Source: an uncultured delta proteobacterium
GTDB lineage: Bacteria > Desulfobacterota > Desulfobulbia > Desulfobulbales > Desulfocapsaceae
NCBI GenBank assembly: GCA_963710015.1
Contig: CAVPYP010000005.1
Coordinates: 52,841 to 116,840, forward strand
Reading direction: 5' to 3'
DNA length: 64,000 nucleotides
Part shown: positions 47,451 through 57,298 of the stretch, in pieces
Layout: each line of letters opens with the position of its first letter
Position numbering within the stretch: position 1 is the stretch's first letter
Notes under the pieces: model-generated
Databases searched by the model: none
What the model saw: only the letters and a program-made list of their open reading frames with translations
What the model was told of the DNA's origin: nothing
Translations under genes and position numbers: made by a program

Positions 47451-48902
47451 TTAAAACCTGAAGTAGATGAAAGGGTTGTAAACGCCTGCCGCCAGGCTGA
47501 TCACGGCAAAGTAGCTGATGGTAACAAAAAAAAGCAGCTGACCGAGGTGTACGGTTGCACTCACTGCAATGTTGGCCCCCCCTGACGTTCTCTCCAGCAG
47601 GAGCTGTTTCAGCCTGAGAATATGTGGGTAAACCGGTAGGGCGAGAAGCAGGGCCATAGAGATTTCAAAACGAGCCTTGTGATCCACATAGAGAGACAGG
47701 ATTGATGGGTCAAGGCTTGTCGGTCTTACGCCGAGCATCACGGCCAGATAAGAGATAGCTCCGGGCAGTGTGTCACTTCTGAAAATCACAAAGCCAATCA
47801 TTAGTATCAGAAACGTTAACAGGACACGCAGCGGTGACCATAATCTGCTTGTCAAAGAGCCGAAGGATGTACGCTCAAGGACAAGAAAAAAGCCGTGATA
47901 GAGCCCCCAGACAACATAGGTCCAGCTTGCTCCATGCCAAAAACCGCAGAGCAAGAAGACAATAAGAAGATTAAAATAGGTTCGGACAGGACCGATCCTG
48001 CTGCCACCGAGAGGAATATAGAGGTAATCCTTGAACCAGCTTGACAGAGAGATGTGCCATCTCTGCCAGTATTCACGTATTGATTTTGAGATATAGGGAT
48101 AGTTGAAATTTTCCAGAAAATGAAAACCAAACATGCGGCCAAGTCCGATTGCCATATCGGAATACCCTGAAAAGTCAAAATATATCTGCAGGGTATAACA
48201 GAGAGTCCCAAGCCATGCCAGAGGCATGGTAAGCTCAGTTCCGGGTAGCATGAATATGTTGTCGGCAATTGCTGCGAGTGGATTTGCCAGCAAGATCTTC
48301 TTCCCCAGTCCGAATAAAAAGCGCTGAATGCCCTCCGCCAAATCGTTGATGGTGGTTGAACGGTTTTCAATTTCATCGGCAATGGTATTATAACGGACGA
48401 TGGGGCCGGCGATTAACTGGGGAAACAGGGAAATATAGAGTGCCAGGTTGATGATGTTTCTCTGGGGACGTACCTTTTTTCGATAAACATCAATGATGTA
48501 TGACAGCGCCTGAAATGTAAAAAAAGAAATTCCTATCGGCAGTCTAACCGGCTCGAGCTCAATTGCCGCCAGGCTGAAGTGTGTCAGCAGCAAATTGAGA
48601 TTTTCTACGATAAAATTTGCATATTTATAAAAGCCCAGAATAAGGAGATTCAGGGTAACGGACAGGAAAAGAAAAAGTCGGCTGATAGCCAGCGAACGGC
48701 TTTCTGCAATCAGGAGTCCGCCGCTGAAGTTGATAGCTATTGAGGCCAGCATGAGCAGCACGTAGATGCCTTCACCCCAACTGTAGAAGAAAAGACTTGC
48801 GGCCAGCAGGATAATGTTACGGGCAGTTTTCCCTGACAGCCAGTAGAGTATAAGAACTGCTGGCAGGAAAAAGAAAAGAAATGTTATTGAGGAGAAAACC
48901 AT
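47451..48902 (-). CDS. MBOAT-family membrane O-acyltransferase (AlgI/DltB-like)
   Basis: 483 aa and polytopic. The conserved WRRWHISLS-type motif appears as YWQRWHISLSSWFKDYLYIPLGGSR, with the downstream His in FWHGASW. Confidence 0.88.
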   Translation of the reverse strand: MVFSSITFLFFFLPAVLILYWLSGKTARNIILLAASLFFYSWGEGIYVLLMLASIAINFSGGLLIAESRSLAISRLFLFLSVTLNLLILGFYKYANFIVENLNLLLTHFSLAAIELEPVRLPIGISFFTFQALSYIIDVYRKKVRPQRNIINLALYISLFPQLIAGPIVRYNTIADEIENRSTTINDLAEGIQRFLFGLGKKILLANPLAAIADNIFMLPGTELTMPLAWLGTLCYTLQIYFDFSGYSDMAIGLGRMFGFHFLENFNYPYISKSIREYWQRWHISLSSWFKDYLYIPLGGSRIGPVRTYFNLLIVFLLCGFWHGASWTYVVWGLYHGFFLVLERTSFGSLTSRLWSPLRVLLTFLILMIGFVIFRSDTLPGAISYLAVMLGVRPTSLDPSILSLYVDHKARFEISMALLLALPVYPHILRLKQLLLERTSGGANIAVSATVHLGQLLFFVTISYFAVISLAAGVYNPFIYFRF

Positions 48903-49101
48903 TTATCTACATCACTTGTATGGGCAGAATGTGCCTGTTGCGTGTTAACTGGCAAGGCAATATATTGGTAATGAGATGTTACTTCAAGTCAAGAATTGAT
49001 TACGGGCTGCCAATTCTGATTGCTGGAAGATGGCCTCCTGTTCTTTTTTACTTGGACAATAATTCGTTGAAATATAAAGTATTTTAAAAGGAGTATTTGT
49101 T

Positions 49102-49467
49102 ATGGTCACCTACCTCTACTGGCTGGTAATATTTCTGATCTGTGCTGCTGCTCTTTATGGAATAGGCATAAAGGCAAATAATTGGAAAGTTGCGATTTCC
49201 ATTGCCCTGACGGTTCTACTGGTTGGCTGGACAGCTTACTATTTTCGTTTTCAGCAGGTTTTTGTTAAGCGCTATGGCGGTGTTATGACAGTTGATGTAC
49301 CTGCCGGGCAGCATCATCTCGGGGCAACCTGGAAGGATGACAATTTGTGGATAGAGAATTATGATCCGAAGACAAATACCTGTATCTTTAGTGAATATTC
49401 CAAAGGTAACTTGCTGCAGGGGCGAGTTTCAATTAAAAACTGCAATCCCCTTCTTCCTAAATTGTAG
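49102..49467 (+). CDS. Small membrane protein, unknown function
   Basis: 121 aa with two N-terminal TM helices and a ~60-aa tail. A terminator follows. Confidence 0.5.
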   Translation: MVTYLYWLVIFLICAAALYGIGIKANNWKVAISIALTVLLVGWTAYYFRFQQVFVKRYGGVMTVDVPAGQHHLGATWKDDNLWIENYDPKTNTCIFSEYSKGNLLQGRVSIKNCNPLLPKL

Positions 49468-49473
49468 CGTAAT

Positions 49474-49496
49474 AGTACACATTTGTACTTTTTTTT
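49474..49496 (+). terminator. Rho-independent terminator
   Basis: agtaca-catt-tgtact followed by T8. Confidence 0.65.
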
Positions 49497-49836
49497 AAAT
49501 GATTCAATCTGCCGTCTGGGTTCTTTCTGCCCGGGCGGCAGCCCCGGCCTAGAGCACTGCCGAGTGCTGCCTGTAAGATACCGGTTATTCTCATGAAGTT
49601 TCGCAGTTCTCATTGAGCTCAGCCTCTTTCCTGGCCATCTGGTCCTATCTTACGTAAAAGGGCGGTTTTACACTATTATAGCTGGAGAGCTGAACAGTGC
49701 ATCTGAGGACGTCGCTGAAAGCGTTGAGATGGCCGTTAAGACACTGTACTTGTATTGCTATTGAGGTTTTTCCGGTGCTGTTGATGTTCTCTTAATGTGT
49801 CTTACTGTTTGATAGGAATAATGCTGCGATTTTTGA

Positions 49837-49865
49837 TTGACTTAAACGTAAGGGTAAAGTATAAG
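49837..49865 (+). promoter_or_regulatory. Sigma70-like promoter of the fatty-acid cluster (TTGACT-17-TATAAG) with an ACGTAA-core motif in the spacer
   Basis: ttgact taaacgtaagggtaaag tataag, read directly. It lies 80 nt upstream of the acyl-CoA synthetase ATG. Confidence 0.5.
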
Positions 49866-49945
49866 ATTTATCAGAGTGGTGCTGATTTTTTTAGAGAACC
49901 TGAGGATGAATGACCCGAGATAATTTTTTTCCAACAGGAGTTAAA

Positions 49946-51802
49946 ATGGACTTTCTGTCGTATAAGTCAATCCCGGCGATACTCAAGAATAATGCAGAGA
50001 AGATTGGTCAGCGAACGGCAATCAGCTACAAGAAGCGAGGGACATTCCTTTCTCTTTCCTATGAAGAATTTTATGAACGGGTGTTGATGCTCGCCAGGGG
50101 GTTGTGCAAGGTCGGTATGCAGCCCGGGGATCGGGTGGCAATCTTCTCTGAAAACCGTCTTGGCTGGGCAATTTCTGACTTTGGCATTCAGTCAGGCCGG
50201 GGAGTGACGGTGCCGATATATGCGACAAATACCGGTAAGCAGGCGGCTTATATCATCAACCACTGCGAGGCAAAAATTGTATTTGTTTCCACCAAGACGC
50301 AATATGAAAAACTGCTTTCCGTCCGTGACCAGATACCGGGTGTGGAGCTCGTCATATCCTACGAACGTTTTATGGGTGACCGCTCATTTCCCGTCTATAC
50401 GCAATATCAGCTCTCAGAAGTTTCCACGCCGCTCACTGCAGAAGAACAGGATCATGTAGAAGGTCAGATCAGCCTTATCACCCCGGAAGACATCATAACG
50501 GTTATTTATACCTCAGGTACGACCGGTGTCCCGAAAGGCGTGCTGCTGACACAATATAATATCATGTGCAATGCTCAATACGGCCTGAAGAAACTCGGCG
50601 CCCTGGCAGAAACTGAAACATTTCTCAGCTTCCTCCCCTTGAGCCATGTACTGGAAAGAACGGGCGGCTATTATGCAACCCTGTTAAGCGGACATCACAT
50701 CGCATTTGCAGAAGATGTGAAAAAGGTCATGGAAAACATGGCTGAGATCAGACCGACCTGCATGGTCAGTGTGCCGCGGCTGTTTGAAAAGATTTATTCA
50801 AGGATTCACGAAAACGTCCACCAGATGAGCCCGCTGCGTAAAAGTCTCTTTCACCAGGCAGTCAGCGTTGGCAGGGAATATGTCAATAAGAAGTATGTCA
50901 GCAAGGAACCGGTCGGAATACTGGGGCTGAAGTATCGGTTTTTTGATCGCCTGGTGTTCCGGAAGATTCGAAATCGTTTCGGTGGCAAGCTCAGGGGGTT
51001 TATCTGCGGCGGCGCACCGCTTGATAAGACGATTAACGAGTTTATGTGGACCATAGGCATTCCGGTGTATAACGGCTACGGCTTGACAGAAACGAGCCCG
51101 GCGCTGACCTTGAGCAGTATCAGTGATGTACGGTTCGACTCAGTCGGCAAAGCGCTTGAGCTCACGGAACTCAAAGTGGCGGCAGACGGGGAGCTTCTTG
51201 CCCGGGGGCCGCAGGTTATGAAAGGGTATTATAAAGATGACCTGGCAACTGAGAAAACCTTTGAAGATGGCTGGTTTAAAACCGGCGACATTGCCCGAAT
51301 TGACGAGGACGGGTTTGTTTATATCATCGACAGGAAAAAAGAGCTGATCGTTACGGCGGGCGGAAAGAACATTGCTCCGCAGCCGCTCGAGAATGAACTC
51401 AAGCTCGACAAGTATATTTCAGAGGCCATTGTTTTCGGTGACCGAAAACCATTCCTGGTGGCACTGCTGACACCAAACATAGAGCGGCTCATAGATTTAA
51501 GCCGGGAAGAACATCTTGATTATCTCGACACGGACGAGTTGGTGAAGAGCAGTCGGGTGAAAGAACTCTATGGAGAACGAATTGCGGAAATTAATAAGAA
51601 CCTGCCGCCCTACAGCACCATAAAATATTTCGCACTTGTCGCTCGGGAATTCTCAATCGAAGGAGGTGAGCTCACTCCGACGCTGAAGCTGAAGAGAAAG
51701 GAAATCTATTCGAAGTACAGGCAAATCATCGAAGAGTTATACTCGAGTAACGGTAATGGCATGGTTCTTCAGGAAAAAAACATAAATGGAGAAGAAAAAT
51801 GA
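49946..51802 (+). CDS. fadD: Long-chain fatty acid-CoA ligase (AMP-forming)
   Basis: The AMP-binding motif is YTSGTTGVPKGV. An AGGAG ribosome-binding site is present. I use the internal ATG of track ORF 49910. Confidence 0.88.
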   Translation: MDFLSYKSIPAILKNNAEKIGQRTAISYKKRGTFLSLSYEEFYERVLMLARGLCKVGMQPGDRVAIFSENRLGWAISDFGIQSGRGVTVPIYATNTGKQAAYIINHCEAKIVFVSTKTQYEKLLSVRDQIPGVELVISYERFMGDRSFPVYTQYQLSEVSTPLTAEEQDHVEGQISLITPEDIITVIYTSGTTGVPKGVLLTQYNIMCNAQYGLKKLGALAETETFLSFLPLSHVLERTGGYYATLLSGHHIAFAEDVKKVMENMAEIRPTCMVSVPRLFEKIYSRIHENVHQMSPLRKSLFHQAVSVGREYVNKKYVSKEPVGILGLKYRFFDRLVFRKIRNRFGGKLRGFICGGAPLDKTINEFMWTIGIPVYNGYGLTETSPALTLSSISDVRFDSVGKALELTELKVAADGELLARGPQVMKGYYKDDLATEKTFEDGWFKTGDIARIDEDGFVYIIDRKKELIVTAGGKNIAPQPLENELKLDKYISEAIVFGDRKPFLVALLTPNIERLIDLSREEHLDYLDTDELVKSSRVKELYGERIAEINKNLPPYSTIKYFALVAREFSIEGGELTPTLKLKRKEIYSKYRQIIEELYSSNGNGMVLQEKNINGEEK

Positions 51803-54186
51803 GGCAGATTAATCGGGTAGCGGTGCTCGGTGCCGGGGTCATGGGGGCTACCATAGCCGCCCACCTGGCAAACGGTGGGCTGGATGTCCTTATGCTCGAC
51901 ATTATTCCCCGTGAACTTACTGAGCAGGAAAAGGCAAAAGGCTTGACACTTGAAGACCGGATGGTGCGTGACCGCATTGCCCGTGAGGGCTTGCAGGGTT
52001 TGCTGAAGATGAAACCGGCACCGTTTTACCTGAAAAATTATGCTGAACAGATCGAGGTAGGGAATCTCGAAGACGACCTTTCCCGGCTGGCCCATTGTGA
52101 CTGGGTTATTGAAGTTGTCGTTGAGTATATGCCAATCAAAATTGACCTGCTGAATAAAATATCACCTCATCTGTCTCCCGGAACAATCCTGACCACAAAT
52201 ACCAGCGGCCTTTCAGTGAATGAAATGGCTGAGGCGCTGCCTGCTGAGTTGCAGAAAAATTTCCTGGCTACCCATTTCTTTAATCCTCCGCGCTATATGC
52301 GTCTGATGGAGCTTGTGCCGTGCGCGGCAACTGACCCGGAAATCCTTCAGGGCATGGCCGATTTCTTAAGTAAGCGGCTGGGCAAGGGTATTGTCTACGC
52401 CAAGGATACCGCAAACTTTATTGCCAACCGCATTGGAGTCTTTGCCATTTATAGAGGAATCCAGCACATGCAGGAAATGGAGATGAGTGTTGAAGAGGTT
52501 GATTCTATCTCCGGTCCGGCCACCGCACGGCCTAAAAGTGCCGCATTCAGGACAGCCGATCTGGTGGGAATCGATACCCTCGCCCACGTCGGTACAAATT
52601 CGTATGATCAGCTGCTAGACGATGACCAGCGGGATGTTTTTAAACTGCCTGACTTCATGGCCCTGATGATCGACAAAAAGATGCTCGGCAATAAGAGCAA
52701 ACAGGGCTTTTACAAGAAAGAGATGGTCGACGGCAAGCGCCAGATATTTTATTACGACTATCGTAATGACGAGTATAAACCGCTTGAGAAACCGAAATTT
52801 AATTCAGTTCAGTCGGTTAAACAGCTAGATGATCCCCGGAAACGCCTGAAGGCTCTGGTGAACGGCAATGATAAAGCGGCAGAATTTGCCTGGAAAAGTC
52901 TACGGGATACGCTGCTCTATGCCCTCAAGCGAATACCGGAGATAGCCGATGATATCGTCAACATCGATAATGGCATGAAATGGGGTTTTAACTGGGAAAT
53001 TGGCCCCTTTGAGATGTTCGATGCGATAGGTGTCGAAGCGTTTGTTAAGCGGCTGGAAAAAGATGATATAGAGGTGCCGGATTCTATCCAAAACATCGAT
53101 TCATTTTATCGCTTCAATGATGACGGTCAGAAAGAATACCTGGATGTACTCACCGGCGATTATAAGCCGGTGCCTCTTAAGCAGGGACAAATTCAGCTCG
53201 AGATTCTGAAAAAGAGCGGCCGGGTCGTTGAGAAGAATAGTAATTGCTCAGTCCTTGACCTGGGGGATGGAGTCTTCGGGTTTGAATTTCATTCGAAGAT
53301 GAACGCCATCAGCGGTGATATCCTGGCAATGACCCACAAGGCTGTAAAACGGGCAGAAGAAGAAGGTGTCGGGCTTGTCGTCGGCAATCGGGGGGCGAAT
53401 TTTTCAGTCGGAGCCAACCTGATGTTGCTTGCCGTAGCTATTGCTGAGGGTGCCTATGACGATATCAATATGGTCCTGAGATCATTCCAGAGGGCGACCA
53501 TGGCCCTCAAGTATGCCAGGGTTCCGGTCGTTGCGGCACCATTTAATATGACGTTGGGGGGCGCCTGTGAATTTTGCCTGCATTCCGACAGTATCAATGC
53601 CTACGCTGAAACCTACATGGGGATGGTCGAGATCGGTGTCGGCCTCCTGCCCGCTGGCGGGGGAACCAAGGAAATGTGCCTGCGTGCGGTTGATCTGGCA
53701 GGGCGGTATGAAACCGATGTGCAGCCGTTTATCCTGAAACACTTTAAGCAGATTGCCACGGCAACCCTATCAATGGGGGCAGCAGAGCTTCCGGCTATGG
53801 GTTATATGCGTGCAGGTGACAGCATCAGTATGGATATTGACCTGCTGATTGCTGATGCCAAAAAGAAAGTTGAGGGACTCGCCGTAAACTATCGTCCGCA
53901 ACGGCCGCGCAAAGATATTCCCGCACCGGGGCGAGGTGTCGCGGCAAGTATAAAGAGTCAGCTCTGGAATATGAAAATGGGAAATTTTATCACTGAATAT
54001 GAAGCTGAGATGGGCGGGGTTATCGCGGATGTAATCTGCGGGGGAGATGTGAATCCTGGAACCCTGGTCTCCGAGGATTACCTTCTCCAACTGGAACGAG
54101 ATAGTTTCCTGAAATTGTGTGGTAATAAAAAAACTGCCCAGCGCATTCAGAACATGTTGAAAACGGGTAAACCGTTACGGAATTGA
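51799..54186 (+). CDS. Bifunctional 3-hydroxyacyl-CoA dehydrogenase / enoyl-CoA hydratase
   Basis: 795 aa. The N-terminal NAD fold is VAVLGAGVMGATIA and the C-terminal half is crotonase-like. The start overlaps the fadD stop (ATGA). Confidence 0.88.
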   Translation: MRQINRVAVLGAGVMGATIAAHLANGGLDVLMLDIIPRELTEQEKAKGLTLEDRMVRDRIAREGLQGLLKMKPAPFYLKNYAEQIEVGNLEDDLSRLAHCDWVIEVVVEYMPIKIDLLNKISPHLSPGTILTTNTSGLSVNEMAEALPAELQKNFLATHFFNPPRYMRLMELVPCAATDPEILQGMADFLSKRLGKGIVYAKDTANFIANRIGVFAIYRGIQHMQEMEMSVEEVDSISGPATARPKSAAFRTADLVGIDTLAHVGTNSYDQLLDDDQRDVFKLPDFMALMIDKKMLGNKSKQGFYKKEMVDGKRQIFYYDYRNDEYKPLEKPKFNSVQSVKQLDDPRKRLKALVNGNDKAAEFAWKSLRDTLLYALKRIPEIADDIVNIDNGMKWGFNWEIGPFEMFDAIGVEAFVKRLEKDDIEVPDSIQNIDSFYRFNDDGQKEYLDVLTGDYKPVPLKQGQIQLEILKKSGRVVEKNSNCSVLDLGDGVFGFEFHSKMNAISGDILAMTHKAVKRAEEEGVGLVVGNRGANFSVGANLMLLAVAIAEGAYDDINMVLRSFQRATMALKYARVPVVAAPFNMTLGGACEFCLHSDSINAYAETYMGMVEIGVGLLPAGGGTKEMCLRAVDLAGRYETDVQPFILKHFKQIATATLSMGAAELPAMGYMRAGDSISMDIDLLIADAKKKVEGLAVNYRPQRPRKDIPAPGRGVAASIKSQLWNMKMGNFITEYEAEMGGVIADVICGGDVNPGTLVSEDYLLQLERDSFLKLCGNKKTAQRIQNMLKTGKPLRN

Positions 54187-54229
54187 TCATCTGAGAATAG
54201 AAGAGACGACTATAACAGGGGAAGAAAAC

Positions 54230-55402
54230 ATGAAAACAGCCTATATCCTGGCCAGCTATAGAACTCCGGGCTGCCGGGCAAACAAAGGAAAATTCAAGGA
54301 CATGCGCCCTGATGATCTGGCCGCGCTGGCAATCAAAGGACTCGTGGAGCGCACCGGGATTGAACCGATAACGGTGGAGGATGTTTATCTCGGCTGTTCG
54401 TTCCCTGAGGCCGAGCAGGGAATGAATATCGGTCGCGTTGCGGCGATGAAAGCCGGAATGCCGGTAGAGGTTCCAGGGCAGACCATCAATCGTTTCTGCT
54501 CCTCCGGCCTTCAGAGTATTGCCCTGGCAGCCGAGCGGGTCATGCTCGGGTTTGCCGACTGTATTGTTGCCGGTGGTGTGGAATCCATGTCCAGCGTTCC
54601 GCTGGGTGGGCTGAAATACAGCGCCAATCCGGGTATGGCAGCAGACTGGCCGGAAGCGTACTCCTCGATGGGTATTACCGCTGAACTTGTGGCTGAGAAA
54701 TACGGCATCGACAGGGCTGCAATGGATCGTTTTGCTGTCCGGAGCAATGAGAAAGCGGCCAGAGCCATCGAACAGGGTATCTTTGCAGACGAAATAATAC
54801 CCGTTGAAATAGAGCAGGACACCCTGGTCGACGGTAAGATAAAAAGAACAAAGGAACTTGTTACTGTTGATGATGGCGTCAGACCGGGAACAACCATTGA
54901 AACCCTGGCTGGACTCAGGCCGGCATTTAAGGTGGGAGGGCCGGTTACCGCCGGGAACTCCTCTCAGATGACTGATGGGGCGGCAGTATCGCTGGTCGTT
55001 TCGGAGGATTATCTGAAGAAAATAGACCAGGAGCCAATGGCCCGATTTATGTCGTTTGCGGTAAAGGGTGTAGCACCCGAGTTTATGGGAATCGGACCGA
55101 TTGCAGCAATTCCTGCGGCCTTGAAAATGTCCGGACTGGAACAGCAGGATCTACAGCTCATAGAGCTCAACGAGGCTTTTGCAGCCCAGGCGCTTGCCGT
55201 TATCAAAGAACTGGGGCTGGATCCGGAGATCGTCAATGTTAATGGCGGAGCCATTGCCCTGGGGCATCCGCTTGGCTGTACTGGTGCCAAGCTGACGGCC
55301 ACGCTGCTGCATGAGATGGGACGCAGGAATTTACAATATGGCATGGTCTCAATGTGTATTGGCGGCGGAATGGGTGCTGCAGGAATTTTTGAAAAATTAT
55401 AA
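54230..55402 (+). CDS. fadA: Acetyl-CoA C-acyltransferase (3-ketoacyl-CoA thiolase)
   Basis: 390 aa. The active-site Cys context is NRFCSSGLQ and the C-terminal motif is NGGAIALGHPLGCTG...MCIGGGMG. Confidence 0.92.
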   Translation: MKTAYILASYRTPGCRANKGKFKDMRPDDLAALAIKGLVERTGIEPITVEDVYLGCSFPEAEQGMNIGRVAAMKAGMPVEVPGQTINRFCSSGLQSIALAAERVMLGFADCIVAGGVESMSSVPLGGLKYSANPGMAADWPEAYSSMGITAELVAEKYGIDRAAMDRFAVRSNEKAARAIEQGIFADEIIPVEIEQDTLVDGKIKRTKELVTVDDGVRPGTTIETLAGLRPAFKVGGPVTAGNSSQMTDGAAVSLVVSEDYLKKIDQEPMARFMSFAVKGVAPEFMGIGPIAAIPAALKMSGLEQQDLQLIELNEAFAAQALAVIKELGLDPEIVNVNGGAIALGHPLGCTGAKLTATLLHEMGRRNLQYGMVSMCIGGGMGAAGIFEKL

Positions 55403-55432
55403 CCCGATACTAATCTCATGAGGGGATATCAG

Positions 55433-57214
55433 ATGACGGATAAGACAATGAAAGGTGGGGAATACCTGATCGCAGACACGGCTTGTGAGGATATTTTTAC
55501 CCCGGAAGATTTCAGTGACGAGCAGCGGCAGTTTGGCGAGACCACTGAACTATTTATCGAAAAGGAGATTGTTCCTCACCTGGAAGAGATTGAAAACCAG
55601 AATTTTGATCTGGTTGTCGAAGGCATGCGTAAATGCGGCGAACTTGGCCTGCTGATGATGGATGCTCCTGAGGAATTTGGCGGGCTTGAGCTTGATAAGG
55701 CTTCCTCGATGCTGGTGGCTGAAAAAATTTCGGTAGGAGGATCTTTTTCAGTTGCCTATGCTGCTCACACCGGTATCGGAACCTTGCCGCTGATCTATTA
55801 CGGCACCGACCAGCAGAAGGAAAAATACCTTGAGAAGATAATCTCCGGTGAATGGTGTTCGGCTTATTGCCTGACTGAACCCGGATCCGGCAGCGACGCA
55901 CTGGGTGCCCAGGCCTCAGCCGTCTTATCTGAAGACGGCAGTCACTATATATTAAACGGCACAAAGCAGTTTATCACCAACGGTGGATTTGCAGAGTTAT
56001 TCACCATCTTTGCAAAAATCGACAAGGAACATTTTACGGCATTTCTCGTGGAGAAAAATTTTGAGGGTCTTGTTGTCGGCCCGGAAGAGAAAAAACTGGG
56101 AATAAAGGGGTCTTCTACAACCCAGATCATCCTGGACAATTGCAAAGTGCCGGTGGAAAATCTGCTCGGGGAGGCTGGGAAAGGACATAAGATCGCCTTT
56201 AATGTTCTCAATGTTGGCAGATTCAAACTTGGAGCGGGGGTAACCGGGGCCGCGAAAATGGCACTGGTTACCGGTATCAAGTACGCAAACGAGCGCAAAC
56301 AGTTTAAAAGGAAAATAAGCAGCTTCGGCGCAATTGCTGAGAAAATTGCTGACTTGACAGCGGATATTTTCGCCTCTGAGTCACTGGTATACCGGCTGGC
56401 TGGTCTACTGGACAACAAACTTGCCACCATTGAGAAGGGAATAGACAATTACTATGTCGAATACCAGAAAGGAATCGAAGAGTATGCTCCAGAATGCGGG
56501 ATATCGAAGGTGTTCTGCAGCGAGGTGCTGGCGCGAACCGTTGATGAAGTTGTACAGATTCACGGAGGATATGGTTATGTCAGCGAATATCCGGCGGAGC
56601 GGTATTATCGGGACGAGCGGATTAACCGGATCTTCGAGGGCACAAACGAAATCAATCGGCTGCTGATTCCCGGCATGATCCTGAGAAAGGCGATGAAAGG
56701 GGAACTGCCGCTTCAGGCTGAAGCGATGAAAGCGTTCGAGTCCCTGATGACTCCGAGCTTTGATGAACTTGATGATTCAATACTGTTTGCGGCGGAAAAG
56801 GCGCTGATCAAGAACCTCAAAACGCTTTTCCTGATCCTGTCAGGTGTCGGGGTCCAGAAATTTATGGATAAGATCGCCGATGAACAGGAGATTCTCATGG
56901 CAGCAGCTGACATTGCCATTCAGATTTTTGCCCTTGAGAGCACGGTACTGCGAGCTGAAAAACATTTTAGCACGGCAAGTGAGAACAGGAAAGCGTTACT
57001 GTCAGCCGCGGTCAAGGTTTTCGCCTTCGGTGCAACTGAAATTGCAGGCTCGGCAGCAAAGAAGGGCGCTTTTTATATAGAAGAAGGTGATACGCTTACG
57101 ATGATCCTGTCAGGAATCAGACGATTTGCAAAATATGATGCAACCGGCCTGCTGGCGGCAAAACGGCTGCTTGCGAAAGCAGCCTGTGAAGAAGAAAAAT
57201 ATCTGTTCTCATAA
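55433..57214 (+). CDS. Acyl-CoA dehydrogenase (long form, ~594 aa)
   Basis: ACAD N, M and C domains are present (CLTEPGSGSDA...). The C-terminal extension is typical of FadE-like ACADs. A GAGGGGA ribosome-binding site is present. Confidence 0.88.
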   Translation: MTDKTMKGGEYLIADTACEDIFTPEDFSDEQRQFGETTELFIEKEIVPHLEEIENQNFDLVVEGMRKCGELGLLMMDAPEEFGGLELDKASSMLVAEKISVGGSFSVAYAAHTGIGTLPLIYYGTDQQKEKYLEKIISGEWCSAYCLTEPGSGSDALGAQASAVLSEDGSHYILNGTKQFITNGGFAELFTIFAKIDKEHFTAFLVEKNFEGLVVGPEEKKLGIKGSSTTQIILDNCKVPVENLLGEAGKGHKIAFNVLNVGRFKLGAGVTGAAKMALVTGIKYANERKQFKRKISSFGAIAEKIADLTADIFASESLVYRLAGLLDNKLATIEKGIDNYYVEYQKGIEEYAPECGISKVFCSEVLARTVDEVVQIHGGYGYVSEYPAERYYRDERINRIFEGTNEINRLLIPGMILRKAMKGELPLQAEAMKAFESLMTPSFDELDDSILFAAEKALIKNLKTLFLILSGVGVQKFMDKIADEQEILMAAADIAIQIFALESTVLRAEKHFSTASENRKALLSAAVKVFAFGATEIAGSAAKKGAFYIEEGDTLTMILSGIRRFAKYDATGLLAAKRLLAKAACEEEKYLFS

Positions 57215-57298
57215 TGGGCAGACCGTGTCCCGGGACCTTCTTTGCGGGCCCCGGGATAAAAGGGCAGGTTCAATGGCTTGGTTGTTACCCGGCGTGAC

